Assembly: GCA_009103225.1 (NCBI GenBank)
Contig: RHPI01003079.1
Span: forward strand, 90,377-154,376
DNA: 64,000 nucleotides
Reading direction: 5' to 3'
From: Chlorokybus atmophyticus
Lineage: Eukaryota; Plantae; Mesostigma and Chlorokybus algae
The notes beneath the pieces were generated by a model. It was not told where the DNA came from. It did no database searches and worked only from the letters and a program-made list of their open reading frames with translations. Shown here piece by piece: positions 26,683 to 38,001 of this stretch. Positions within the stretch are counted from its first letter, which is position 1, and each line of letters starts with the position of its first letter. The position numbers and the translations under genes are program-made.

Positions 26683-27960
26683 GTGCATCAGATGGACATC
26701 GATCTGGCGCACACCGAGCCGGTGTCTCGACGGCAATACAGGCTCACCAACTTAGAGGAGGATCTGGTGGAGCAGAGGTGTAAGGCGCTGCTGGATCCAG
26801 GCCTCATTGAGGAGTCCACGTCGGCATGTGCGGCCGCGACAATCATGCCACTAAAGAAGGATTCAGCAGACAACTTGACCGAATGACGCATGTGCGGCGA
26901 CTACCGCCCCCTCGATAACAAGACCAAACCAGACAGGTACCCAATGCCCACAGCAGAACGCATCCTTGACAATGTTGGTGATTGCACAGTCTTTAGCATC
27001 CTCGCCATGCGCCAAGGGTACAACCAAATCGCCAACAAGCACAAGACCTCATTCTGGGGCAACGGACAGTTATATCAGTGAAAGGTAATGCCGTTCGGGC
27101 TGAAGAATGCCCCCGCCAAGTTGCAGTGCGTCGTGGACAAAGCCTTAAAGGGGCTAGACTTTGCGCGGTGCTACATCGAAGACATCCTCAACTTCAGCCG
27201 CAATAACGAAGAGCACCTACAGCACATCGAAGAGGTGATGGAGAGGCTCGAGGAAGTGAGGATAACTGTGCCCCGACAAGTGCACCTTCTTCACTTACAA
27301 GGTACCCTACTTGGGACACATGATTGTGCCCTCGGTGTGTACGTACAGCAGGCAAAGGTGGAGGCCCTAGCAGCTATCCCTGAAATAACGGACCTCACGC
27401 GCCTACGCGCCTTCTTGAGCCTTGCCAAATACCATCTTTGGTTCGTGAAGGAGACTTCGCAAAGATATATTGGCCCCTCAACGAGCTACTAAAGAAGGAA
27501 GTGGAGTTCGTGTGGATGGAGCCGCAACAACAGGCCTTCGAGGAGCTGAAAAGCAGGCTCACCACATCACCCATCCTTTAACGCCTTGCACCAAGTCCTT
27601 CATCCTTCACAGCAACTGGAGCAAGCTCGGGATGGGAGCCGTACTGGTGCAGCACCATGAGAATAAGAAGAAGCGGGTGGTGTCATACGCCAGCCGGAGC
27701 AACAACATCAGCTACGAGGGAGAAATGCCTCGTTGCAGTGTGGGCTATCTCCTTCGTTCGACCCTTCCTCTTCGGCCGACAAATTTAATTGATTACCGAT
27801 CGTCAGCCACTCAAGTGGTTGATGACCAACAAACATTTAACAGGGAAACTTGCCCGTTGGGCCCTACCATTGCAGGAGTATGACTTTGGGATTGACCACC
27901 GCGCTGGCCTTACCAACCAAGACGCCGATAGACTATATCGTAACCCACACCTGAGCACCA
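26683..27960 (+). pseudogene. pol: Gypsy reverse transcriptase and RNase H
   Basis: MCGDYRPLDNKTKPDRYPMP, MPFGLKNAPAKLQ, RCYIEDIL, NWSKLGMGAVLVQ, VVSYASRSN, ITDRQPLKWL, RWALPLQEYDFGIDHRAGLTNQDAD. Confidence 0.95.
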
Positions 27961-28356
27961 ACGATGCAACTGGAGCTCGACATAAGCTCGGCCCAGCATC
28001 ATCAGCTCCGACAGTGGCTGCCATGTTTGCTGTCGCCGCATTGCGCTCAGGGCGCACGATCAACGCCGGTGCCTCAGCAACAACTGAAGAGATGCCTGCT
28101 ATTTAGCCAACCGGCTCCGCAATCACTACACCCGTAGGATCATTGCCTACATGTCTACAACATAGCCGTTCGCATGCGACAGCCTTTGCACGGACTGAAC
28201 GGTGGCGACAATAGAGTTGATAACACAAAGCTGGAACCCATCGACACCAGGCAGGACATATGGCTGGACAAGCCATTCCTCTCCTTCCTTTAAAGTGGTT
28301 AGATTCCCTCCGGTATGAGTGCGCGTGAGAAGCACCGCATCAACCAACGCACCCAG

Positions 28357-28793
28357 TGTTAGAAAAGACCCGCCTGGTTATAAATTGTTAAATTAAACCT
28401 AGTTTGAGGTTTATTCAGGCAGTCATAAAACTGCCTAATCTGGAACTCGGTTTATATGATAGTATAGACTTACTGTGGTTAGTCGACATTGATATTACTT
28501 GTATGCATGCCTTGTACAGCAGATATTGAGCCTAGATTGCTAGGGTATAAATATTTGCTGTGCGTCTATAATTGGAGAGAGAGCCCACTTTGAGTTTGGA
28601 GTCTTGATTGGCACACTGGCGGCTAAATTTTTATGCTGTATATGGTTGCATGCAGAGCTGCATACAGGAGTTACACCTTTGAGCTGCAGACAGGAGTTAT
28701 ACCCGTCAGAGTCTGCTGTGCTAGCCTGAAGGTTTTCAGGCTGTTCTGGAGAAGGTTTCGCCCTCACACTACTCCGCCTTCACCAAGTCAACA
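28357..28793 (+). repeat. 5' LTR (437 bp) of the Copia element
   Basis: TGTT/AACA inverted termini, a TATAAAT box near 28545, and a PBS immediately downstream. Confidence 0.85.
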
Positions 28794-28806
28794 GGTTATG
28801 GGCCCA
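28794..28806 (+). other. Half-tRNA(iMet) primer-binding site GGTTATGGGCCCA
   Basis: Complementary to the anticodon region of initiator tRNA-Met, as in Drosophila copia (Hemivirus type). Abuts the LTR. Confidence 0.85.
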
Positions 28807-30959
28807 CATCACCTCTGTTTGGTCGTCTGTATAGTGTGCACTATGTTCTTTCCCGAGCTATTATTGCTGGGTGGTTTGCTAGTAGCTGTGAATAGGTGTG
28901 ACCAAAAGTGCCGGATTGAGTCCTTCGAGTTTGCAAAAACTCTGTTGAGTTTGTACAACTGCGATTGCATTTTGTAGATAGGATTGGATGCTATAAGTGT
29001 GATTGGAGTCAGCTGTTGGGTGAGCAGTTCAAACTTCTGCTGAAATAAACCTAGATCACCGTTGGTTTTGCTGTTGGTCTACGTGGGGCTTCGGCTGCTA
29101 CCAATACGCGTGAGGACTGCTGCAGAGATTAGGCCTGAAAACGATTGGGCTGTTGTTGGTCTGTACAGCTATTGTTGAAGTTTCAAGTTGAATCTTTGCT
29201 AGATTGGGTTTGGGGATCTCTCGAGCGCTGTGATGTTGAAGACTGCTGTTTCTAGTTGCTAGAATCAAGGTCTGAAGTTGGTCTGAGAGTCTGAGCTGCT
29301 GTTGGCAAGTGAAGCTGCTGCCTGTTAAAGTCTCTGAGCTGAAGCTGCTACTGAGATGGGGTCGAGCTTTGACAATATTCGGATTGAACTGCTGGACCTG
29401 GAGCATTAAGATGAAGATGCTACTTGTCACCAAAGAGCTGTGGGAAGTTACCCGTCCTGACATTGCACCACAACCTGCGCATGTGATCCCCGAAGGTGCA
29501 ACCTCTGCTGGAAGAGCAGAGACCACTGCTGCTGCACAGAATGCCGCTGAAGAAGCTGCACGCGCTGAGATGCTAAAGTCGCTCAAGGCATTGGCTTTGA
29601 TCGGGCTGAATGTGAAGGATCATCACCTGGGTCTGATGAATGAGTGACGACCGCAAGGGAGTGCTGGAGAAAGTTTGAAGACACATTTAGGTACAACAAC
29701 AATGCGCGCAAGCTGCAACTTAGGAGACAGATGTTTTCTTATTGAAGATGGAGGTTGGCGAGCCTGTCACCATGTTCGCTGCAAGGGCTAGAGACCTCTA
29801 AATTGATCTAATTGCTGTTGGCCACGACATCAAGAAGACTAAAGTGGTCTGGAACATCCTGTTTGGGTTGCCAGAGAGATCTGACACTGTGGTCCAGGTC
29901 CTACGCACCAGTTTTGCAGATCTGAGTGTGGCTGAGGTTGTCTCTAAGCTGCTGAGTGTTGGCATTCATGAGAAGAAGCAGGAGAGTGGAGAGACTGTTG
30001 CATTCGCAGTAAAGTCTCAGGCTTCCTCATCTTCACGAGGACGTGGAAGAGGAAGAGGCAAGGGCAAGTTTGAAGGTGTGAGTCGAGAAGGTTGGTTGAT
30101 GACAGTAAAGTGTCATCATTGCCACAAGAAGGGCCACCTCTTAAGGAACTGTCCTGAGAAAAACGAAGGTCAGAAAGGCAAGGAGTCTGCAAATGAAGGT
30201 AGTCTTCACTGCATCGGCTGAGTCTCAAGCTTGTACCTATGGCTAGGTATTATACTTTGGGTGTACTCAGCACATGACTCCATGCAAAGACTATCTTTAA
30301 GAGTTTAAACCTCCGGCAAGACCCATCGTGGTCTCTAAATTTCGGAATGGTCTAACATCGCATGCGATTGGCTTTGGCACAGTCAATTTGCTGCGTGGTG
30401 GATGGCAACACTAAGCATGTGACACTACAGCGAGTGATGTATGTTCATGAGGCAGATGCAAGTCTTTTCATGTGTTTGTACTACTGCGGGGCTTGGGGCC
30501 AAGACCATCTTTAAAGAGGAACATGGATTTGTCATGCGTGGTGAAACGCACGTGTTTGCAAGGAATGTGAGAGGACTGTACATAATAGACCTCAGTCTTA
30601 GGTCACACTCTGCATTGCTGGCTGCTGCGAAGGAGTGTGCTACTTTGTGGCACAGAAGGTGTCAGCATCTAGGTTTTGACAACCTAGCTAAGCTGAGCAG
30701 GGAGGGCATGGTCAAAGGTGTTAGTTGAGGAGTTTGCACAGAAGACCAAGTTGTGTGAGCATTGTGTTCTAGCCAAGCAAACTCACAGAGGACACCATTT
30801 CTTGAGTCTTCACGTGTGAGCAAGAGACCGCTAGAGTTTGTTCGCATGGATACGTGTGGACCTGTCTATAAGACTGCAAAGGGACAAAAAGGACAGGTTT
30901 GTTGCCATGACTCCATGCAGTCTCAAGTCCTCTTCGCACTGTTCCTTTATGTTGGGCGC

Positions 30960-31700
30960 TTCCTTCCTCCACCAAATGTAAGGCATGTGCCTATACAAAG
31001 CCTCCCACACTTTGCAACGGAAGTTGTGGATGCGCTTTTAATGAAAGCATGAAAGCATCTAATGGATGGTTGCAAAATGTTGAGGCTGAGAAGCCACCCT
31101 CCACTGCCATTGCATCCATTCCAGCGTCCAAGTAAACCTTCATCAATATAGGATGTATGTTCATTGATACATATCAGTCGCCAGGAATATGCACAACCCA
31201 GTCCCAATATCCTAGCATTGCTTTCTTTAGGGCTACTATGAGGGCAAATGTTTTTAGCTCTCTCGATGCATATATCTTGCTATCAGTGTCGATAAAAATA
31301 ACCTTGTTCATCAATTGCAGCTGAGCAATCTTCAAGTTATCACTTTTGTCAAGATAAAATGGCAGTACCGGCAGGTCCTTAATGTCGCTCACTACGGGTG
31401 GAGGCTCATCGTTGGCTATCTGCAGATATCTCTCCCAATCATTCTTGAGAGGAGGTAAGGATGCCTGCTGCTCTCATCGCATGCTGAACAGCACAGTGTT
31501 GTACATAGTAACTCGGAATGACTCCACATCGCTCTTTTTAGACGGCTGCAGATTGAGCATTGGCCCGCTGCGCATCGACACAGATACCCTCTGCCGTGGT
31601 GCTTGTGGTGGTATGGACTCAGCCAGTGGATTAGAAATTAATGCCTCCGACAAAGTGCGGTTACGTGTTGGTTGCAACAGCACATACAAGTCAACTCAGC
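30960..31700 (-). pseudogene. Decayed ORF of uncertain identity, possibly a DUF6589/RNase-H-like transposase-related protein
   Basis: Reading through one stop gives IFIDTDSKIY...YWDWVVHIPGD*YVSMNIHPILMKVYLDAGMDAMA. The family assignment comes from recalled motif similarity only. Confidence 0.3.
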
Positions 31701-32416
31701 AATAGTTGAAGACAGTTTGGGAGGCAGAACATGCTTGCACACAGCTACATACATCCACCACCACAACTGCACTCGAAAAGGGCTTACTTCCAACTCAAGT
31801 GGTGTAATCACTTCTCGCCCAGCTGTTGGAGTGAGCTGAGTTGATGTTGCACGATTATCCCAAGTAGTCCTGCCTTCAAACTTTGCTGGATGCCAGCACA
31901 TGCCTCCTTGGACCTAGCTGTAAGCGTGCCATCGACTCCAGGTTATGCGTTGCACGGCAATGTATATAACCATCCATGTGATTTCCTGCTGGAAGTTACT
32001 CTGATACGATTTATCGTCCTGATCAGCATGTTGCCCTTACTCAACATGTCAACCGTGTCCGTGATAACCATGTGAACCGGCGACACTGCCCACTTACTAC
32101 GTGCACTTTGCACGATGCATCAATTATTAATGTATCAGTGTATCAATGTATCGATTACTAATGTAGTACGGGGTCTTATTATGCAGGATTGCCAGAGGAC
32201 GTGCATGCCTTGGCCCTGAAGTCTTCACCCGCGCCATCGCATTGAATCCAGTCAAGGCGCCAAACACGCCCGCTAACGCCCCACTAAAAGCTTCCCACTC
32301 TTGCTGCTAGTCAACAAATGCGCAGATCTTGATGCATTTTGTCGTGCTCGACCATGCGACGCCTCTCCTATTCTATGAGCTGAATGAAAGTACTGTTGAC
32401 AATCAGAGCTAAGCAA

Positions 32417-32857
32417 TGTTGAATGCTACAACACAAAGCCTATCTCGCACACATGAGCATGCACAGCAGCAGCTTGCACATTTGAGGTATGCAATATGGA
32501 TGATTAACTCTGGCTCAGCACACACAATGTATAGTCCTAGCCACTTATCTAGCCAGATGTACACAAGAGTTCCTATTGGTTATGCTAAATAATACAGCAT
32601 GTGCTAGCATACAAAAGGATTCTGCAATCAGGAGCCTTCTGCTTCATTGATATCAATGCAACAACTTTTAATCTTGCAGATATCTTTTATTAACAGTCGG
32701 GGACTGTCAATGCAGGGGCTATCAATGTAGGCGACTATCAATGCAAGGGGGCTGTCAATGTAGGCGACTGTCAATGCAAAGGGGCTGTTCAAGCTGACCA
32801 TAGCTGGTGAGGACAGTAGGGGCTGTCCTCTAACACTCTTATGCAGGCAGCTTAACA
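32417..32857 (-). repeat. Probable 3' LTR (~440 bp) with internal 14-16 bp TGACAG/TGATAG tandem repeats
   Basis: TGTT...AACA termini just downstream of the RNase H stop; tandem block at 32699-32790. An alternative start at 32835 is possible. Confidence 0.55.
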
Positions 32858-35800
32858 ATCTTCATGCTTGGGCGTTTACTGGATGCCAAGCCCTGCGCGG
32901 CAGCCCTTGAACTTGGATGGGGGCAGTGCCTTAATTATGCAGTCCGCTAACATCTCCTCGGTGTTGCAGTAGACGAATTCCACCTCCCGCCGTGCTACGC
33001 GCTCACAAAGTGATGCATAACATCAATGTGCCTTGAGCAAACAGATTCAATGGGATGTTTCAGCACTTGATTGCTCCCGGATTGTCACAGTTGATGATGA
33101 CCATGGATTCCTTATAGCCCAAGTCTGCTACAAGCTTGCAAAGCCACAGTCCTTGACAGCCTAAAATGCAGCCATGTACTCCGCTTTGGCTATTGATACC
33201 GCCATAGTGGGCTGTAGCCTGCTGCTTCAGCTCACAACTCCACCATTTACTAAGAAAGTATAGCTCGTGGTTGACTTCCTTGTGTCCAAATCTCCAGCAT
33301 AGTCAGCATCGCAATAGCCATGCAACGCAATGTTTCCTCTTCCATATGTGATGCTGACAGCACGTGTGCCAATCACATAGCGAAGGACGCCTTTGACAGT
33401 GTTCCAATGCTCCATGGTTGGTGCCGACATGTGCCGTGCCAGAACTCCAACAGTAAATGCAATGTCTGGTCTAGTGCTAAGTGATAAGTATAGCAAACTC
33501 CCTACCAACTCTCCATATGGGTAGGTGGCCTTATCTGACAGTCCCTCACCGTGACAGCCCTGCTCATCCGTGCTCCAACAGCCATAGGAACCGACTTGTA
33601 CTTGGCCTCCTGTAGCCCAAACTTGTCCGCCAACTCTAACACCATCTGCTCCTGGCTGATGTTGACAGTCTTGCGCTCCATGTCTTTTGAAATTACCATG
33701 CTAAGAAAGTACTTGGCCTCTCCCAGATCTCTAGTGCTAAAGGTCTTTACGAGCGCCTCCTTGACGTTGCTCACCTCCTTCATTTTTCCTTGCAGCAATG
33801 AGAATATCATCCATGTATACAAGAAGCCAGACCTCCTTATTCGGGTGGATGTATAGTCCTGGGCGGCTGTAGATGCGGTGAAGCCCAATCCCTCAAGCCC
33901 CTTGCTCAGAGGAATGTGCCACACCCTGGGTGCTTGCTTCAAGCCGTAGAGCGCCTTCACCAACTTGCAAGCAGTTCCGGGTCCTCCCTCTTGACAAACC
34001 TTGGGTTGCTAGATTTGGATCTCCTCCTCAAGTTTGCCATATAAAAGGGCTGTCTTCACATCCAAGTGATGCAACTCCAAGTCCTCAGCTACAAGATAGG
34101 AAGCCCTTCGCCACCAGCCTTGCCTTGAACCTTTCAATGTCGCCATTGCCATCTCGCTTGATCTTGTACTACCCTTTTAAATGACATAGGCTTAACTTCA
34201 GGAGGTACCTTCTCCAATGTCAAGGTATAGTTGGCATGCAGTGATGCCATCTTTTCAGTTATTGCTTGTTGCCACAGCATCGCGTCAGAGCCTTTGAGCG
34301 CCTCATTATATGTGGTGGGTTCGACAGTCCCTCCCGTTGGCACTTGCGACCATAGCCTTGTAGATGCCTTGTGGGTGATGTCTCCCTCTCAGGTTGTAGC
34401 CCCCTTGCTCCTCCTGCTGCTGGTCATTGTTGGTGGTGTTGGTTTTGCTGCTGTCTGCTGATGATGTTTCAAGGTCAGCTCCATATTGATTGTTCGGAAG
34501 GTTAACAGCCTGCAGGGACTGTCGGTTGGGACTATCAATGGCTGTGGTAGGGGCTGTCAACAAAGAATCTGAACAGTCTCCTATTTCAACTGGTTGTGCT
34601 TGAGCGTCTTCTTTGCATCCAACCACAGTGTTTTCAGCGACAGGTGTAGTGCCTCCCTCAGCAAAACAACATAGCGATTGATAACACTCTTGTCAGTGTC
34701 TTGCACCAGCACGCGAAAGGCTTTGCTAATGGCTTCGTATCCAATAATTACTCCGTTTCTGCTGGCAGGTTCTACCTTGTTTCTCAGCTGCTTTGGCACA
34801 TGTACATAGGCCGGCGAGCCCCAGACCTTCAACATAGACACGTTCGGCTGTCGACCATAGAACAGCTCTCACGGTGTATTGGTCTCCAAGCGCACTGGTG
34901 ATCGGTTGCGGAGGTAGTTAGTAGGCAGCAATGATTCTTTCCATCAATGACCTTTGAGTTGAGCGTCCATAAGCATGGCTTTCAATTTCTCCAAAAGTGT
35001 GCGATTGAGCCTCTCTGCAGCTCCGTTTTGTTGAGGTGTATATGGCGCGGTGGTTTCATAGGTCAGCCCTTTGTTGCAAACTATGCTTTCAACTCGTTGT
35101 TGACATACTCGCTTCCTCTGTGTGGACAGTGACTGCCTTGTGTCTTAATTGAGTTTCCAACATGGTGAGGATTTATTTGACAGTCCCAGCAACTTCGGAC
35201 TTCAGCTTCACATAAACAATGATAGACAGCTTGCTATAGTTGTCAAGGAAAGTGCCAAAGTAGAGGCTCCCCTCTCCCTTGGCAGCAACGGATAAAGGAC
35301 CGCAAACATCCATATGCACCAGTTCCAACACCCTCGTGCTCACATGTGTTGATTGTGGGAAGGGCTGTCGATGCGACTTGCCAAGCATACAGGCTTCACA
35401 CAACATACCTTGCTTGGCACGGAACTCCTCCGCATTGATGTTGATTCCATGTACCATGTTCTCCTTCACCAGCCTTGCAAGGTTGTCGTAGCTCAGATGC
35501 GCAAACGGTGATGCCATAGCTGAGCTGTCTTTTCCTTGGCGCATGCAGCAAATGCGCGGCTGTCGGTCTTCTCGCTGACAGCCCTAACCTCCCCGATGTA
35601 ATAAAGATCTTCATCGAGCGTGCTCTCCACAAAGGTGACGTTCTTCTTCACAATGTAGCCCTTGTCCCCTTTGAACAACCTTTACTCCACTCTTGGCAGC
35701 AACTCGTATAGAGAACAGGCTAGTGCCAAGCCTGGGGACGTACAGACTATCTTTGAGAAGAATGCGTGTCATTGAATTGCCAACCTTGCAATGCAGACGG

Positions 35801-36870
35801 ACAGTCCCTCTGCCAGTAGCCTCCAGCAACTCCTGGTTGCCAAATTCCACCATGATGAGGAGGAAAGGGAATATAGGTTTCCATCTTGGTCTTATTGTTG
35901 GTGAGATGACGAGTGCAGCCTGAGTCCAAGAACCCATGACGAGGAAGATTGGACAGTCCCTACACAGCTCCGAGCCTTGGGTTGTCTTTCAACACCTAGT
36001 CGTGCGAAAACCTTAACCCGATCGCTCCCCTTTGCTCCGTCCACAAGAGTCTTCAACTTGTTGACAGGCCGCTTGTTGACAGCCCGTGTTTACACTCCTT
36101 GTAGCAAATGCGACAGTCTTCTCACTTTGCTGCCCTCCTCCCTTCCTCTTCGCTTCATCACGCTGCTGTTTTCTACACTCCTTCTTCCAATGGCCCTCCT
36201 TCTTGCAGTAGTGGCACGTTCCCTTCCTTCTTTATGGACGAGAACTGCCTCCCTGCTGGTAACAGCCCTTCAAGGATCTTGCTGCGAAAGCAACTGCATC
36301 TCCACCACTGTCCGCCTTGTTGGCCTTCCGCTGCTCTACTTGCAGCAAGTTGGGTGTCACAGCATCAAGGAGAAGCTCAGTTGATGATGACTCCGGCACT
36401 GTGACCGCCATCTCATACTCTTCCGCCAGGCCCACTAGGATAGCCCATACCATCTCCGTTTCTTTAACATCATGCTCGATTCCTGCAAGGTCTTGTTACA
36501 GATCTCGTGCTTGGGCAATGTACTTGAAGAGCGGCTCTCCGGGCTTCTTCTTGAATGCAGTGAGATTCTTGCGTAGTTGCAGCCTCCTTGCATTTTTTTT
36601 AGCATTTTAAAAAGTCCTGCAATTTCTTCCAACACTGTCAATTAGTCTTGCACTCATTAATCAAGCCAACGTGATGCTCCTTTATATGCAGGCCTATGCG
36701 TGCAAGAGCCTTCAAGCTACTCTTGGCATAAGCGGACTCTTCACCTGCCCGTGCCTCCGCTCCATCAGGATCCGCATACTTCCAGAGCTGCTTGATAATC
36801 AGCACCATCTCCATGCGTACACTCCATGTGCTGTAGTTGTCTAAGTCTAGCATCTCCACCATCGTGTGTT
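32417..36870 (-). mobile_element. Decayed Ty1/Copia element: gag-PR-INT-RT-RNaseH and 3' LTR; 5' LTR not found
   Basis: LDLDNYSTWSVRMEMVL; MDSGCTRHL; LELVHMDVCGP; VWGSPAYVHVPK; KALYGLKQAPRVWH; MVGSLLYLSLSTRPDIAF; GYCDADYAGDLDTRKSTT; EMLADCIIKAL; stop at ~32876. Confidence 0.92.
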
Positions 36871-38001
36871 GTCGTCACTGGTAGCCATGTTGCCTCCTCC
36901 TGCTCCTCGTGCAGACGGCTGTCGGCTGTCCCTCAGCTCCCACGCTGACTTCCTTGCAGGTGACGATGGGTTGGGGTATGAGGAGTGTATTGTTTGTGGA
37001 TGCGAGTGTGGTTGTGTGGCGCTTGCCACTTCACCATGGATGAGGGTGAGTGTGTGTGATTGGCACATTGCACAACATACAACGGGCTTGGGGCAGCCCG
37101 CATGCTTGTGCATACACAACCCTTGCATACTATATCATACACATTGCATTCCCACTATTTTGTGATCTTATGTGTACGCAGCACGCGCATAGTGCTTGCA
37201 CTAGCGCAGATTGGTACACGCTGTCTCAGCATGCATTGATATACAGACTCTAAAGAGAAACACAATTGGCCACATTCTGCACACAACTGCCAATGCCTTA
37301 TTAAAAACTTGCCATTATTTGGCTGCAAAACATGTATATACCTTGATAATGTAGCCACATTGGCAATACAAACTTCCTTAGCAATATCCCTGCCGAACCG
37401 CTGGTTGGGTCAGACCAGGCTGGATGCTTATGCTCACATAGGCTAAGCAACTCGTACTCCTGAACTTTGGGTGTGGGCCTCTACTCGCATGTATTGAGTT
37501 GTCATTAGGGCTCAACACATGATCTATAATGGTAGTCTCCAAACCCGTTTCAAGATAGTGTAGTGCGCGATAACTGAGTCAGCCCTCCAAAGGGCTCCCT
37601 TACCAAACTCCCTCTCACCAGAAGTATGCAACTGCGATGAGTGCATCATCATTGAGTGGTGACTTGTAAGAGTTTCCCGCACAGCCCAAGGACATGTTAT
37701 ACTCCCCGTCTTTACAGTTCAAGATGATTTGCAATTGTTTATCCTGCTGATCTGAATGTGGCCAACAAACCCAACACCATCACCTGCACATCTCTAAGCA
37801 GCCATATGAGAAACACCTCATAAGGCCACTACCCAGTTGCCCGAACTGACTAGAGTAGTCTCAAGCTACGCTGCGTGCATTTCTCACCAACACCTCCACA
37901 TACTTCACTTACCTCTCGAGTCAATGGTCATGTGTATGTGTCGATGTGTATGTTGTGTTGTCCTGTGTGTTGAACAGTCTGAACTGGAACGGTGCTGTGG
38001 T

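Larger units (their letters stand above)
20106..28356 (+). mobile_element. Ty3/Gypsy LTR retrotransposon carrying a C5-DNA methyltransferase in pol (gag-PR-DNMT-RT-RNaseH); cut off before integrase by a Copia insertion
   Basis: Domains in order: gag with CCHC, LDT(R/G)A protease, DNMT motifs I-X, RT (CGDYRPL, YPMP, MPFGLKNAP, YIED), RNase H and the pre-integrase segment DIWLDKPFLSFL. Stops and frameshifts are present. The family LTR is not seen at either end. Confidence 0.9.
28357..30920 (+). mobile_element. 3'-truncated Ty1/Copia element (LTR, PBS, gag, PR, start of integrase) nested in the Gypsy
   Basis: LTR TGTTAG...TCAACA; gag GLNCWTWSIKMKMLLVTKELW; knuckle CHHCHKKGHLLRNC; LWHRRCQHLGFDNL; LEFVRMDTCGP. 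Confidence 0.9.

Noticed and set aside
37300-37790. Possible Copia integrase fragment (FW.EGV, SCLAYV)
   Set aside because: Too degenerate to support without a search.
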